DNA of 53,635 nucleotides from a virus (Duplodnaviria; Heunggongvirae; Uroviricota; Caudoviricetes): IMG/VR virus record IMGVR_UViG_2537561603_000004, positions 1 to 53,635 of that record; one strand, 5' to 3'. Shown piece by piece: positions 9,973 to 20,911 of this stretch (position 1 is its first letter; each line of letters starts with the position of its first letter). The notes under the pieces were generated by a model. It saw only the letters and a program-made list of their open reading frames with translations, ran no database searches and was not told where the DNA came from. The position numbers and the translations under genes were made by a program.

Positions 9973-12900
9973 ATGACCACTGTGAATAAAAAGTTAAAAA
10001 AAACTGCATCTGGCGCGATTACATGGTCGGTAATTGTTACCCAGATATTATCTCCAGTTTCTCTTTCTTTGATCCCAGCAAACAGTTTTGCATCATCTGG
10101 TAATAAAGATGTTACGCAAATTTATGCCAGCGATGAGCATGCAAATAAAGTGGCCTCATTTGCAGCAAGTGCAGGTCAGAGCCTGGCGAATAATAATGCA
10201 AGTAGTTTTGCTGTAAATACTTTATCAACTCAGGCGACAAAAGAGGTCGTCGACTGGTTGCAACAATATGGCAATGCGCGCATCAAGCTTAATGTCGATG
10301 ATTCTTTTTCCTTGAAGGATTCATCATTCGACTTTTTATATCCATGGCTGGATACTCAGGATTATGTGTTATTCAGTCAGACATCACTACATCGTACTGA
10401 TGACCGAAATCAGACCAATATTGGTTTGGGGATTCGTCATTTCACTCCTGATAACGCAATGTTGGGTGCGAATGTTTTCTATGATTACGATTTAAGTCGT
10501 AGTCACTCTCGTGCAGGTTTTGGGGTTGAGTACTGGAGGGATTATTTCAGGCTTGGTGTAAATACCTATTTTGGTCTATCTGACTGGAAGAACAGTCGTG
10601 ATATTGATGATTATCTGGAAAGACCTGCAAATGGCTGGGATTTTTCTGCTGAAGGATGGCTACCTGCTTATCCGCAATTAGGGGCATCTATTCAGTTTGA
10701 AAAATATTATGGTAAAAATGTCGGGTTATTTGGAAGCGATAACCTGCAGGAAAACCCTTACGCAGTTACTGGGGGAATTTCTTATACACCAGTTCCTCTG
10801 ATTAAGTTTTCTGCACAGCATAAGCAAGGACAGAGCAACACTCACGATACAACCTTTGGTGTTGAGTTTAATTATCGCCCGGGCGTTTCCTTGGCTGAAC
10901 AGCTTAGCAGCGATAATGTTGCAGTTATGCGAGAAGTCCAGAACCGGCGTTATGATTTTGTTGAACGAAATAACAACATTGTTCTGGAGTACAAGAAGAA
11001 GCATGCACTGAAAATCAGTTTGCCAGAGTCTGTTCAGGGGGAGGGGGAATCAATCATCCCTGTAACACTGACAATCAACAATGCTAGTGGTGGTATCAAG
11101 TCTGTACAGTGGAATGATAGTGCATTCACTGCGGCTGGCGGCAAGATCAGTGGAAATGGCACATCATGGCAGATCACTTTACCGGCTTATAAAAGCGAAG
11201 GTGTAAATTCGTGGAATGTTGGAGCCACAGTACAGGATAACAGAGGCAACGTTTCCAACTATGCCGTGATGAATATTAGCGTTACTGATAGTGGTGTCTC
11301 GACGGCTGATTCGTCTTTTACACTGGATGGAGATTCGTCGCCGACGATCTCTGCTGATAGCCAATCCACTTATCCGATAGTATTAAGCCTGAAAGATAGT
11401 AACGGTAAGGCATTAACCGGACTGGCTGATGACATTGAAATGTCAGTGGAATTTACAGCAGATAGCAATAGTGCTCGACAGCGTGAAACGGTAACTGCTC
11501 CGTCATTAGGCGCGGTAGAGGAAATCTCTGCTGGGGTATATCGCTCTGTTCTGACTGCTGGTTCGCAGGCTGGTACGGTACGTGTAACTGCAAAAGTTCA
11601 GGGAAAAACCTTTACTCTGAATATTAAGCAGGCAGCCATTACTGATAGTGATGTATCGACAGCTGATTCGTCTTTTACACTGGATGGAGATTCGTCGCCG
11701 ACGATCTCTGCTGATAGCCAATCCACTTATCCGATAGTATTAAGCCTGAAAGATAGTAACGGTAAGGCATTAACCGGACTGGCTGATGACATTGAAATGT
11801 CAGTGGAATTTACAGCAGATAGCAATAGTGCTCGACAGCGTGAAACGGTAACTGCTCCGTCATTAGGCGCGGTAGAGGAAATCTCTGCTGGTGTATATCG
11901 CTCTGTTCTGGCTGCTGGTTCGCAGGCTGGTACGGTACGTGTAACTGCAAAAGTTCAGGGAAAAACATTTACTCTCAGTATTAAGCAAACAGCAGCAACA
12001 GAACCTGATTCTGAGGTCAGTGCTGTTTTAACCGCTGCACCAGCAGAACAGGTAGTTGGTTACAATATCAATCTACAACTGGCAGTGAAGGATTCACAAG
12101 GAAATGCAATCACTGGTGATAACACTCTGAGCTTTTATGCTCTTAACCAGGCAGAAGGAGTCGAGTTTGGGACTGTAACGGAAAAAGACGGTGTCTATAG
12201 CGCGACAGTAACTTCAAAACGAGCTGGTAAGATTACTATCGGTGTTAAATCTGATAGTCATGATTTCTCAGGTGTTAAGAAAGAAATCACCTTTATTGAG
12301 GACCGGCAGCAGGTTACATTCTCTCAGTTTGAAGCCAGCCAAAATAATGCATTGGCTGATGGAAAACAGAGAAATATGGTAACTGTAAGCCTTGCGGACC
12401 GTTTCGGCAATGTTGTTCCTGGTTATGCTGTCACATTGTCTTTACCAGCAGGGATAACTCAAGTTGGTGGTGAACATGCTGTTTCAACTGACGAAAATGG
12501 TAATGCTATTTTTGCGTTAATAAGCTCCACTCCGGGGTCTTACGTGATTACAGCTCATGCTGGTTCTCAGATGTCTACTGAGTTAACAGTGACCTTTGCA
12601 TCAAATATGACCGGAGCTTCACTGTCACTGACGCCTGAAAGCAGTAGTTTAATTTCCAATATTCCTGCTAATGGTAAGGATGCAGCGGTATTAGATGTGC
12701 AGCTGACAAATACGAATGCGTCGGTCAATGGGCAAAAGATTCAGCTCATCACCTCATCTGAAGGATTATCTGTACCAACAAATATCGTGACTGATTCAAC
12801 AGGGCATGTTTCTGTTCCGCTTACAACGGTGAAAGCTGGTGAGTACACGGTGACTGCACGGGTGACTGACGGTTCCCATAGCGTGGAATCTGGCAGCGTT

Positions 12901-13881
12901 AAGTTAACTTTTGTGCCCGATGTTGCTTCTGCAGAACTGAATATGAGTGTATCAAAACAGGAGATTGTGGCCGATGGCAGTGAAAACGCAACAGTAAACA
13001 TTCAGTTGGTTGATGCGAATAACAATGCGTTTACAGGCGAGGTGGATTTAACGATTACACCATCGACGGGAGCATCATTGACCAGTAGTAATCTGCAACT
13101 GGATGCTCATGGACAGGCAACAACGCAGTTCACTGCATCGAAATCAGGCCAGTACACAATTCAGGCCGAGTATGTTCTGGATGGGAAACGCATAACCGCA
13201 AGCCAGAATATTGATGCCGTGACGGATGTGAAGGGGGCTGTGTTGGAGATCACATCATCTGCATCTTCGGCTGTAGTGAGCGATACCAACAATCTGGTAT
13301 TTACGTTACTGTTGAAAAGTAAGTCAGGCGAAGCATTAAGTGGTCGAGCATTGAATGTTAAGACATCTGGGCCGTCTAAATATGGTGCGTTGGTGGTTGA
13401 TAAAACCACAGTAACGACTGATGAGAACGGTCAGGCTACGGTAAGCGTACATGGTCGAACGGTTGGTTCGTATAAATTAACGGCGACCTTAAACGAACTT
13501 GGCAGTGATGTTAGCGCGGTGAAATCATTCTCCCTGTACGCTGATGACGCAAATGGAGTATTGACTCTAACAAAAGATCCTGGTTATGAGACAAACGATG
13601 GATCTCCAGTAGGTATTTATGCTCGATTTGTCGATCATTTTGGAAACCCATTATCTGGTACGGTTGAGTTTTCTGCTGGTAGTGAAGATAGTCCAGACTC
13701 TCAACGGGTCAAAATGGAGCCTGCTACAGTAACGTTACACTGGACAGGTAATGCAGCTTCGGAATTCAGCACCTATGAAAGTGGTTATCACTGGATTAAG
13801 GCCAAAATAACGAATAGCAAAAATACATATGAGAAAACAATAAGGACTTATGTTGTAAAACTACCTGAAAAGGATAGTTAA
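9973..13881 (+). CDS. Inverse autotransporter adhesin (intimin/invasin family) with Big-domain repeats
   Basis: 1302-aa ORF; N-terminal signal-like segment, beta-barrel-type region rich in aromatic/Gly strands (GFGVEYWRDYFRLGVNTYFG...), then repeated Ig-like passenger segments; preceded by an AT-rich promoter region. Confidence 0.75.
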   Translation: MTTVNKKLKKTASGAITWSVIVTQILSPVSLSLIPANSFASSGNKDVTQIYASDEHANKVASFAASAGQSLANNNASSFAVNTLSTQATKEVVDWLQQYGNARIKLNVDDSFSLKDSSFDFLYPWLDTQDYVLFSQTSLHRTDDRNQTNIGLGIRHFTPDNAMLGANVFYDYDLSRSHSRAGFGVEYWRDYFRLGVNTYFGLSDWKNSRDIDDYLERPANGWDFSAEGWLPAYPQLGASIQFEKYYGKNVGLFGSDNLQENPYAVTGGISYTPVPLIKFSAQHKQGQSNTHDTTFGVEFNYRPGVSLAEQLSSDNVAVMREVQNRRYDFVERNNNIVLEYKKKHALKISLPESVQGEGESIIPVTLTINNASGGIKSVQWNDSAFTAAGGKISGNGTSWQITLPAYKSEGVNSWNVGATVQDNRGNVSNYAVMNISVTDSGVSTADSSFTLDGDSSPTISADSQSTYPIVLSLKDSNGKALTGLADDIEMSVEFTADSNSARQRETVTAPSLGAVEEISAGVYRSVLTAGSQAGTVRVTAKVQGKTFTLNIKQAAITDSDVSTADSSFTLDGDSSPTISADSQSTYPIVLSLKDSNGKALTGLADDIEMSVEFTADSNSARQRETVTAPSLGAVEEISAGVYRSVLAAGSQAGTVRVTAKVQGKTFTLSIKQTAATEPDSEVSAVLTAAPAEQVVGYNINLQLAVKDSQGNAITGDNTLSFYALNQAEGVEFGTVTEKDGVYSATVTSKRAGKITIGVKSDSHDFSGVKKEITFIEDRQQVTFSQFEASQNNALADGKQRNMVTVSLADRFGNVVPGYAVTLSLPAGITQVGGEHAVSTDENGNAIFALISSTPGSYVITAHAGSQMSTELTVTFASNMTGASLSLTPESSSLISNIPANGKDAAVLDVQLTNTNASVNGQKIQLITSSEGLSVPTNIVTDSTGHVSVPLTTVKAGEYTVTARVTDGSHSVESGSVKLTFVPDVASAELNMSVSKQEIVADGSENATVNIQLVDANNNAFTGEVDLTITPSTGASLTSSNLQLDAHGQATTQFTASKSGQYTIQAEYVLDGKRITASQNIDAVTDVKGAVLEITSSASSAVVSDTNNLVFTLLLKSKSGEALSGRALNVKTSGPSKYGALVVDKTTVTTDENGQATVSVHGRTVGSYKLTATLNELGSDVSAVKSFSLYADDANGVLTLTKDPGYETNDGSPVGIYARFVDHFGNPLSGTVEFSAGSEDSPDSQRVKMEPATVTLHWTGNAASEFSTYESGYHWIKAKITNSKNTYEKTIRTYVVKLPEKDS
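11281..11994 (+). repeat. Near-perfect 357-bp tandem duplication (two copies) inside the adhesin gene
   Basis: Copies at 11281-11637 and 11638-11994 encode almost identical 119-aa Ig-like segments (DS(G/D)VSTADSSFTLDGDSSPTISADSQSTYPIVLSLKD...). Confidence 0.85.
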
Positions 13882-13892
13882 CAAAATTGAAT

Positions 13893-13918
13893 GGGGAGGG
13901 CTTAGCCCTCCCTCTTTT
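13893..13918. terminator. Bidirectional rho-independent terminator
   Basis: Hairpin gggagggc-tta-gccctccc followed by T-run, between the convergent adhesin and esterase genes. Confidence 0.6.
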
Positions 13919-14961
13919 TACAGGTTAGCGTTTGGGTTTTGTTGTTGGGGAGCTGTTTTTATAGGCGCTCCCAGGTTTTTAGTAAACCACTCAACGACTC
14001 TGTTTATAATAATTGGCTGATACCATGTCTTATCGCCATGCTCGGCCCCTTCTACCAGCACGTACTCAGCGTTATCACCGTTCTTCTTCAACATCCTGAA
14101 TAGTTTGGCGCTTTGCTCAGGTGAAACCAGAGTGTCTTTGCTACCATGCATAATAAGAAATGGGGGTTTTACTCCTTTCATATGTCCGATTGGACTGGCG
14201 TTTAGCGCTTTTTCTTTTGACGCTGTGATGGGGGCTCCCGCAAAATTTCTGAATGCAGGGCCATTGATCATTAAGGCTTCGGTTACGGCAGGAGAGCGAT
14301 GAACCTCCTGCACTGATTCAGGGAACCCCTCGCCAATATTCAACAAGTCAGAAATCCCATAAAGTGTGGCAACTGCCTGAACATCTGAGGATTGCTGAAG
14401 AAAGTCACCTTTATCAAAGGTTTTGTCACCATTTGTAGTTCCCATCATCTGGGCAAGCCATCCACCGGCAGAGTCACCCAGAACTCCGATTCTTTGAGGA
14501 TCAATCCCATAATTGCTGGCATGCTCTCTCAGGTAACGTATTGCAGCTTTTCCATCCTCAACTGGTGCTGGAAATGTATCAGGAATTGTTCTGTATTCTA
14601 CAGCGGCCACAACAAAACCAGCTTCTGCCAGAGCCATTCTCATTTCAATAAATTTGTCATGTTCAGAAGACATGAATCCGCCGCCGGGATAATAAATAAT
14701 GGCTGGTTTTAAATCATTTGTTCGCGGGACAAGAACTGACATGTGAAGCTGTCTGACAGAACGAGTTCCTTTTATCTGGGAATAAACAACATCACCAATG
14801 AGATCGACCTGGTTTCTGGTCGGTGAAACACTAATGATATCTGCACCCGGGGTGTAACCAGGAAGATTAGTCTGGACAGGTGTTGCACAACTCCCGACCG
14901 ACATGGCCATTGACATACCATACAATAGTGTTGCAGATGATAATATCTTGTTAATTTTCAT
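13918..14961 (-). CDS. Secreted alpha/beta-hydrolase (esterase/lipase)
   Basis: 347-aa ORF with N-terminal signal peptide, oxyanion-hole-like YYPGGGF and nucleophile elbow GDSAGG, C-terminal His region (EGAEHGD). Confidence 0.8.
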   Translation of the reverse strand: MKINKILSSATLLYGMSMAMSVGSCATPVQTNLPGYTPGADIISVSPTRNQVDLIGDVVYSQIKGTRSVRQLHMSVLVPRTNDLKPAIIYYPGGGFMSSEHDKFIEMRMALAEAGFVVAAVEYRTIPDTFPAPVEDGKAAIRYLREHASNYGIDPQRIGVLGDSAGGWLAQMMGTTNGDKTFDKGDFLQQSSDVQAVATLYGISDLLNIGEGFPESVQEVHRSPAVTEALMINGPAFRNFAGAPITASKEKALNASPIGHMKGVKPPFLIMHGSKDTLVSPEQSAKLFRMLKKNGDNAEYVLVEGAEHGDKTWYQPIIINRVVEWFTKNLGAPIKTAPQQQNPNANL

Positions 14962-15408
14962 GTTTTACATGCCTTGACTTATCGGATGAAATTCTCTTAC
15001 TGAATTTAACGGCAGTTTAATAGCCGTACAACTCGTGGTAGCCAGGGAAATATCCCAGTCGTGGTTAAGGTTGTACTTGACGGCTATTATTTCAACAATG
15101 CTTAAAGTGAGAGCTTAAGGTTATGCGTATGTTTTACAGTCCGAGTAGATTCTGACCAATAGCTTCTTTGTATAATTCTGTCAGAAATAAATCTTGGCTT
15201 GCATGAAGTTTGAGACCTTATCTTGTTTGATTATGAATAATCAATTCGCCATAATTGTATCACCGGAGCCTGAACAACTCCGGTGACTTCTGCGCTAAAC
15301 GGGGACGTTTATGCGCACACACAATCCAAACTCTCTTCTCCCTTCACAGATGCAGAAATGCACCTGCGTTTTTTTGCATCCAGCGTCTGACCTCTGTGGA
15401 GGTGAAGC

Positions 15409-15864
15409 GTGAACCTACCACAAGATGGCATCAAACTGCATCGCGGTAACTTCATCGCTATCGGCCAGCAGATCCAGCCTTATCTGGAGAACGGAAAATG
15501 CTTTCGCATGGTGCTTAAACCGTGGCGTGAGAAACGCAGTCTTTCCCAGAATGCACTCAGCCACATGTGGTACAGCGAAATCAGTGAATACCTCATCAGC
15601 AGGGGGAAATCGTTCGCTACCGCAGCATGGGTAAAAGATGCTCTCAAACACACATACCTCGGTTATGAAACCAAGGACCTGGTTGATGTCGTAACCGGCG
15701 AAATCACTACTATCCAGTCGTTACGCCATACCTCCGATCTCGATACCGGAGAGATGTATGTCTTCCTGTGTAAGGTTGAAGCCTGGGCGGTGAATATTGG
15801 CTGCCACCTGACTATTCCGCAGAGCTGCGAGTTCCAGCTGCTGCGCGACAAGCAGGAGGCGTAA
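15409..15864 (+). CDS. ybcN: YbcN-like nin-region protein
   Basis: 151-aa protein matching my recollection of DLP12 YbcN; GTG start preceded by ggaggtg. Confidence 0.6.
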   Translation: MNLPQDGIKLHRGNFIAIGQQIQPYLENGKCFRMVLKPWREKRSLSQNALSHMWYSEISEYLISRGKSFATAAWVKDALKHTYLGYETKDLVDVVTGEITTIQSLRHTSDLDTGEMYVFLCKVEAWAVNIGCHLTIPQSCEFQLLRDKQEA

Positions 15865-16034
15865 TGGCTACACCGCTTATTCGTGTCATGAACGGACACA
15901 TCTACAGAGTACCAAATCGTCGTAAGCGTAAGCCTGAGCTGAAACCATCCGAAATACCAACACTGCTCGGATATACCGCCAGCCTGGTTGATAAAAAATG
16001 GTTGCGACTGGCAGCAAGGAGGAATCATGGCTGA
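15864..16034 (+). CDS. ninE: NinE-like protein
   Basis: 56-aa basic ORF ([25 protein letters not shown]...) not in the ORF track (<60 aa); overlaps ybcN stop and ybcO start. Confidence 0.55.
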   Translation: MATPLIRVMNGHIYRVPNRRKRKPELKPSEIPTLLGYTASLVDKKWLRLAARRNHG

Positions 16035-16317
16035 CTTGAGAAAAGCAGCGCGTGGTCGGGAATGCCAGGTAAGAATCCCTGGCGTATGTAATGGCAATCC
16101 TGAAACGTCAGTACTGGCACATATCCGGCTGGCTGGATTGTGCGGTACCGGTATCAAACCGCCAGACCTGATTGCCACCATTGCATGTTCTGCCTGCCAC
16201 GACGAAATCGACCGTCGCACGCATTTTGTTGACGCTGGATATGCAAAAGAATGTGCGCTGGAAGGTATGGCGAGAACACAGGTTATCTGGCTGAAAGAGG
16301 GGGTAATTAAGGCGTGA
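16027..16317 (+). CDS. ybcO: YbcO-like DUF1364 protein (putative nuclease)
   Basis: 96-aa protein from the ATG at 16027 ([35 protein letters not shown]...), cysteine-rich, matching DLP12 YbcO. Confidence 0.75.
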   Translation: MADLRKAARGRECQVRIPGVCNGNPETSVLAHIRLAGLCGTGIKPPDLIATIACSACHDEIDRRTHFVDAGYAKECALEGMARTQVIWLKEGVIKA

Positions 16318-16676
16318 ATACTTACTGCATCACACTACCCTGGCCGCCGAGCAATAATCGCTATTACCGCCATAATCGTGGACGCACGCATATCAGCGCA
16401 GAGGGGCAGGCATACCGCGATAATGTCGCCCGAATCATTAAAAACGCAATGCTGGATATCGGCCTGGCTATTCCTGTGAAAATCAGCATTGAGTGCCACA
16501 TGCCGGATCGCCGTCGCCGTGACCTTGATAATCTGCAAAAGGCCGCTTTTGACGCACTCACCAAAGCAGGTTTCTGGCTGGATGATGCTCAGGTCGTTGA
16601 TTACCGCGTTGTGAAGATGCCCGTTACCAAAGGTGGGAAGCTGGAGCTGACTATCACTGAACTGGGAGATGAATGA
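16314..16676 (+). CDS. rusA: Holliday junction resolvase RusA
   Basis: 120-aa translation near-identical to E. coli RusA ([34 protein letters not shown]...). Confidence 0.9.
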   Translation: MNTYCITLPWPPSNNRYYRHNRGRTHISAEGQAYRDNVARIIKNAMLDIGLAIPVKISIECHMPDRRRRDLDNLQKAAFDALTKAGFWLDDAQVVDYRVVKMPVTKGGKLELTITELGDE

Positions 16677-16813
16677 TGTTTGAGTCTTATATGGCAGAAC
16701 GTCTTCGCCGCCGCTGGGTGCGCCTGCGCTTATATCGTTTTCCTAGTTCTGTTTTGACCGATTACCGGATACTGAAGAATTACGCCAAAACACTGAAAGG
16801 AGCTGCCGCATGA
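16676..16813 (+). CDS. ylcG: YlcG-like small protein
   Basis: 45-aa ORF ([22 protein letters not shown]...) overlapping rusA stop and Q start; identified by manual translation. Confidence 0.45.
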   Translation: MFESYMAERLRRRWVRLRLYRFPSSVLTDYRILKNYAKTLKGAAA

Positions 16814-17499
16814 ATACCCAATATTTACAGTATGTCCGCGAGCAACTCATTGTGGCTACCGCTGATTTGAGCGGAGCAACGAAAGGACAGCTTGAAGCCT
16901 GGCTGGAGCATGCACAATTTGATACTGGTACATACAAACGAAAGAAGCCGCGCATTCTGGATGAGGTAACTGGCAGGATGATTACGCTGGATAATCCGCC
17001 GATTTCCGGTAAGCAGTTGTACGCAAAAGGTTCATCCATTGCACTGGTCAGCCAGGTTGAGTTCTCAACCTCGTCATGGCGCCGCGCGGTTCTGTCTCTC
17101 GAAGAACATCAGAAAGCGTGGTTGCTGTGGAGTTACAGCGAAAGTGTTCGCTGGGAACATCAGGTCACCATAACGCAGTGGGCATGGAGCGAGTTTAAGA
17201 CTCTGTTGGGTACCAGGAAAATTGCAGGTAAAACACTGGAACGTTTGAAGAAGTTGATCTGGCTGGCGGCACAGGATGTGAAGAACGAGCTGGCAGGGCG
17301 TAAGACCTATGAATACCAGGAGCTGGCATCACTGGTGGGAGTGACATCAAAAAACTGGTCTGAGACATTTACTGAACGCTGGGTTGCAATGAAGCACATT
17401 TTTCTACAGCTTGATAGCCAAGCTTTATTGCTTTTAACGAAAACACGTTCAAAACAAAAGACCATATTTTCACAGCAAGATATTGCAAAACTGGATTAA
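16810..17499 (+). CDS. Late-gene antitermination protein Q-like
   Basis: 229-aa ORF directly upstream of the late terminator and lysis cassette; Q-family placement and size; differs from lambda Q. Confidence 0.65.
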   Translation: MNTQYLQYVREQLIVATADLSGATKGQLEAWLEHAQFDTGTYKRKKPRILDEVTGRMITLDNPPISGKQLYAKGSSIALVSQVEFSTSSWRRAVLSLEEHQKAWLLWSYSESVRWEHQVTITQWAWSEFKTLLGTRKIAGKTLERLKKLIWLAAQDVKNELAGRKTYEYQELASLVGVTSKNWSETFTERWVAMKHIFLQLDSQALLLLTKTRSKQKTIFSQQDIAKLD

Positions 17500-17680
17500 A
17501 AATCATATATTTTATGTAAATCTGATATTTTGCCAATGTTGTACGCACTGGCAGTAATCCAAATTCAAGCCCGAGGTTTAAAGCCTTGGGCTTTTCTGTT
17601 TCTGAACGGTGAGTAGCCTTCCAACCTACCCCAGCCAGGGTGTCTTCAGCTGTTGAGTTGATATTGCTTAACCCTCTGTT

Positions 17681-17706
17681 GCCAGCTACATGCTGGCTTT
17701 TTTATT
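17681..17706 (+). terminator. Rho-independent terminator (tR'-like)
   Basis: Hairpin gccagc-tacat-gctggc followed by ttttttatt, between Q and the lysis genes. Confidence 0.7.
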
Positions 17707-17820
17707 CCAGGCTTGCGGGGAGCATCAACTCCGTGCTTTGTCGTTAAATTACCCCGTGAGCCTGATTTCTGACATTTAACGTCCCGGCCTTTTGTCGGCG
17801 GCGAAACATTGGCTATTCAT

Positions 17821-18126
17821 ATGCACGAAAAAGAGAGCCTTGCCGGAGCGTTCTGGCTCGTTTTGCTGATCATCGCAGGTTGGGGCGGTCTGGTCCGCTA
17901 CCTGATAGATGTGAAGCAGAGTAAAGCAACGTGGAGTTGGATAAATGCTCTGGCTCAAATAGTGGTATCAGGATTCACCGGTGTTATTGGTGGCCTGATC
18001 AGCATCGAAAGTGGATTCAGTATTTACATGATTCTCGCGACAGCGGGGATTAGTGGTGCGATGGGTTCGGTTTCACTGACGTACTTCTGGGAACGACTGA
18101 CAGGGGTGAAAAATGCAAAATCTTAA
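17821..18126 (+). CDS. Holin-like membrane protein
   Basis: ~101-aa protein with multiple hydrophobic helices immediately upstream of, and overlapping, the endolysin gene. Confidence 0.7.
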   Translation: MHEKESLAGAFWLVLLIIAGWGGLVRYLIDVKQSKATWSWINALAQIVVSGFTGVIGGLISIESGFSIYMILATAGISGAMGSVSLTYFWERLTGVKNAKS

Positions 18127-18589
18127 TCCTCAGCGTAAAGCCTTCCTCGATATGTTGGCGTGGTCAGAAGGAACGGATAACGGGCGACAACCGACACGTA
18201 ACCACGGTTATGATGTTATTGTTGGCGGCGAACTGTTTACTGATTACTCCGATCACCCTCGCAAACTTGTCACGCTACACCCCAAACTCAAATCAACAGC
18301 CGCCGGACGTTATCAGCTTCTTTCACGCTGGTGGGATGCTTACCGTAAACAGCTTGGTTTGAAAGACTTCTCCCCCAAAAGCCAGGACGCAGTGGCATTA
18401 CAGCAGATTAAAGAGCGTGGTGCTTTACCGATGATTGATCGCGGTGATATCCGTCAGGCAATCGACCGTTGCAGCAATATCTGGGCTTCACTGCCGGGCG
18501 CTGGTTATGGTCAGTTCGAGCATAAGGCTGACAGCCTGATTGCAAAATTCAAAGAAGCTGGCGGAACGCTCAGAGAGAGTGAGGTATGA
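18113..18589 (+). CDS. R: Endolysin R (lytic transglycosylase)
   Basis: 158-aa translation near-identical to lambda R (...[45 protein letters not shown]...). Confidence 0.95.
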   Translation: MQNLNPQRKAFLDMLAWSEGTDNGRQPTRNHGYDVIVGGELFTDYSDHPRKLVTLHPKLKSTAAGRYQLLSRWWDAYRKQLGLKDFSPKSQDAVALQQIKERGALPMIDRGDIRQAIDRCSNIWASLPGAGYGQFEHKADSLIAKFKEAGGTLRESEV

Positions 18590-19038
18590 GCAGAATAACC
18601 GCGATTATCTCCGCTCTGGTTATCTGCGTCATCGTCTGCCTTTCATGGGCGGTTAATCATTACCGCGATAACGCGATTACCTACAAAGCCCAGCGCGACA
18701 AAAATGCCAGAGAACTGACGCTGGCGAACGCGGCAATTACTGACATACAGATGCGTCAGCGTGATGTTGCTGCGCTCGATGCAAAATACACGAAGGAGTT
18801 AGCTGATGCGAAAGCTGAAAATGATGCTCTGCGTGATGATGTTGCCGCTGGTCGTCGTCGGTTGCACATCAAAGCAGTCTGTCAGTCAGTGCGTGAAGCC
18901 ACCACCGCCTCCGGCGTGGATAATGCAGCCTCCCCCCGACTGGCAGACACCGCTGAACGGGATTATTTCACCCTCAGAGAGAGGCTGATCACTATGCAAA
19001 AACAACTGGAAGGAACCCAGAAGTATATTAATGAGTAG
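18586..19038 (+). CDS. Rz: i-spanin Rz
   Basis: 150-aa translation near-identical to lambda Rz. Confidence 0.95.
   Translation: MSRITAIISALVICVIVCLSWAVNHYRDNAITYKAQRDKNARELTLANAAITDIQMRQRDVAALDAKYTKELADAKAENDALRDDVAAGRRRLHIKAVCQSVREATTASGVDNAASPRLADTAERDYFTLRERLITMQKQLEGTQKYINE
18806..18988 (+). CDS. Rz1: o-spanin Rz1 (embedded in Rz, +1 frame)
   Basis: 60-aa lipoprotein ([39 protein letters not shown]...) matching lambda Rz1. Confidence 0.9.
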   Translation: MRKLKMMLCVMMLPLVVVGCTSKQSVSQCVKPPPPPAWIMQPPPDWQTPLNGIISPSERG

Positions 19039-19078
19039 TGCAGATAGAGCTGCCCATATCGATGGGCAACTCATGCAA

Positions 19079-19372
19079 TTATTGTGAGCAATACACACGC
19101 GCTTCCAGCGGAGTATAAATGCCTAAAGTAATAAAACCGAGCAATCCATTTACGAATGTTTGCTGGGTTTCTGTTTTAACAACATTTTCTGCACCACCAC
19201 AAATTTTTGCTGCATCGACAGTTTTCTTCTGCCCAATTCCCGAAACGAAGAAATGATGGGTGATGGTTTCCTTTGGTGTTACTGCTGTAGGTTTGTTTCC
19301 AACAGTAAACGTCTGTTGAGCACATCCTGTAATAAGCATTGCCAGAGCGGCAGAAAACAACATTTTTTTCAT
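19079..19372 (-). CDS. bor: Bor lipoprotein (serum-resistance-associated)
   Basis: 97-aa lipoprotein from the ATG at 19372 (MKKMLFSAALAMLITGCAQQTF...) matching lambda Bor. Confidence 0.9.
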   Translation of the reverse strand: MKKMLFSAALAMLITGCAQQTFTVGNKPTAVTPKETITHHFFVSGIGQKKTVDAAKICGGAENVVKTETQQTFVNGLLGFITLGIYTPLEARVYCSQ

Positions 19373-19852
19373 CTTATTATCCTGCATTGTTAAAAACGGC
19401 AGAATCCTATGTGACAACAATTAAACGATAGTTAAATGGATTGATGAAAATTAAAACTACACAGGTGGGCTCAGACTATTGGAGGAAGTTGGGGACACTC
19501 AGAATCCTGTGGAATGAAATAAACCGGTCTATCCGTCCATTACCCTTTTAGCTGCGCTGTATCGTCGCCGTATTCCCGCATTAACCATGACCGTAGCCCG
19601 ACGGGGAATTCCTTCTGCGTGAGTGTGCGGGAATAATTAAAAACGATGCACACCGGGTTTTTACCGCGTTAATGATTCGCGGGTTTATCCCGGTGCGATG
19701 GTGGAAGAAACAGGAAGCTGTATTACAGAAAGTGCTACTACTGTATCCCGATGCGATGTATGTAATGTGAGTCAGATAATGGCACAGGATGTGGTGATGT
19801 GGCAGTCTGGAACACAGGATATATTGTCAGAATAAGACCCGTAGGAATAAAA

Positions 19853-20179
19853 ATGAAAAGACGCCTTTTACTACTTTTTCTGTTATCTGTCCTGGCAGTG
19901 GGATGCTCGCAGCAAAAAGCTGATGAGCCCCGGCAATTAGTGACGGTGTATCCACGATATCCGGAATATGCTGCAGCAAATTATATCAAGGGGCTGGTTG
20001 AGGTTAAGTTCGATATTGGTGCTGATGGGACTGTGACACGGATCGTTTTTCTCCGCTCAGAGCCTCATAATTTGTTTCGTGATGAAGTGGTGAAGGCCAT
20101 GGCGAAATGGCGATTTGAAAAGAATCGCCCCTGTCAGGGAGTGAAGAGACAATTTATCTTTACGCCGTCACGTCCTTGA
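19853..20179 (+). CDS. Lipoprotein with TonB C-terminal-like domain (putative)
   Basis: 108-aa protein with lipobox (LLSVLAVGCSQ) and a TonB-C-like segment (YPEYAAANYIKGLVEVKFDIGADGTV). Confidence 0.55.
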   Translation: MKRRLLLLFLLSVLAVGCSQQKADEPRQLVTVYPRYPEYAAANYIKGLVEVKFDIGADGTVTRIVFLRSEPHNLFRDEVVKAMAKWRFEKNRPCQGVKRQFIFTPSRP

Positions 20180-20911
20180 TGCTTCCAGGTAGAGAGGGGC
20201 TGGAAGCAGGAGAAAAATGAAAGAGCCAGCGGTTATATTTTTGTCATGGCTGACGAGGAATGATGGAAGAAGGCGTTGTATGCCACACAACGCCTCACTG
20301 TTCATTTCTTCTTTTTCTCTGGTGGAACCCGATGAATAAGAGTTGCACTGGTTTCCGATGAGATGGCGATATACTCGGGCAAAGTATGCTGGCAGTTTTC
20401 CAACTGGTCAAAAATACCTGCTCTCGTCTGTTGCAATGCCTGCAGCATGCGGCGGCAATGCGCCTTGCTTTTACTAACCATCTTTCCTTCCTCTATCAGT
20501 CGCTGCGTGAACTCATCATGGAATACCAGGTAAATGCGGATGTTATCGGTTTTGGCTACGCAGCATAGTACAAAACGGACAGGTGCATCCCGGGACGGGG
20601 GAGGCGTCACATGTCCCTGTGATGGTTGTTCCGGGTAATGTACTGTGTGGGGCATAAAAATGTCCGATAATTTTACTTTCTACCGCAGTTAGTTGATTCG
20701 TTGGTCCTGGTAGCACATTGGGCGAGGATTTTAATGCCAGGCAACTGAAGGATGATGTCGCAAGGGAGATAGCGAGAATATTTCTGATTTTCATTTGATG
20801 ATGCCTCTGTGTGAAATGACGGTAAACGACGCACTTGTGCCGGCACATAATAGCAAGCACCATAATAGATCAGATTCGATTCTTGCTGTAAGTGATAATT
20901 ATTCTCGTTTT

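Noticed and set aside
17500-17808. Possible tRNA genes between Q and the lysis cassette
   Set aside because: No cloverleaf-compatible sequence found; the region contains only promoter-like sequence, hairpins and the tR'-like terminator.
17809-17823. Dual-start holin/antiholin motif
   Set aside because: The upstream start is a TTG and the spacing gives M-A-I-H-M only by assuming TTG initiation; insufficient to claim a dual-start regulatory motif.
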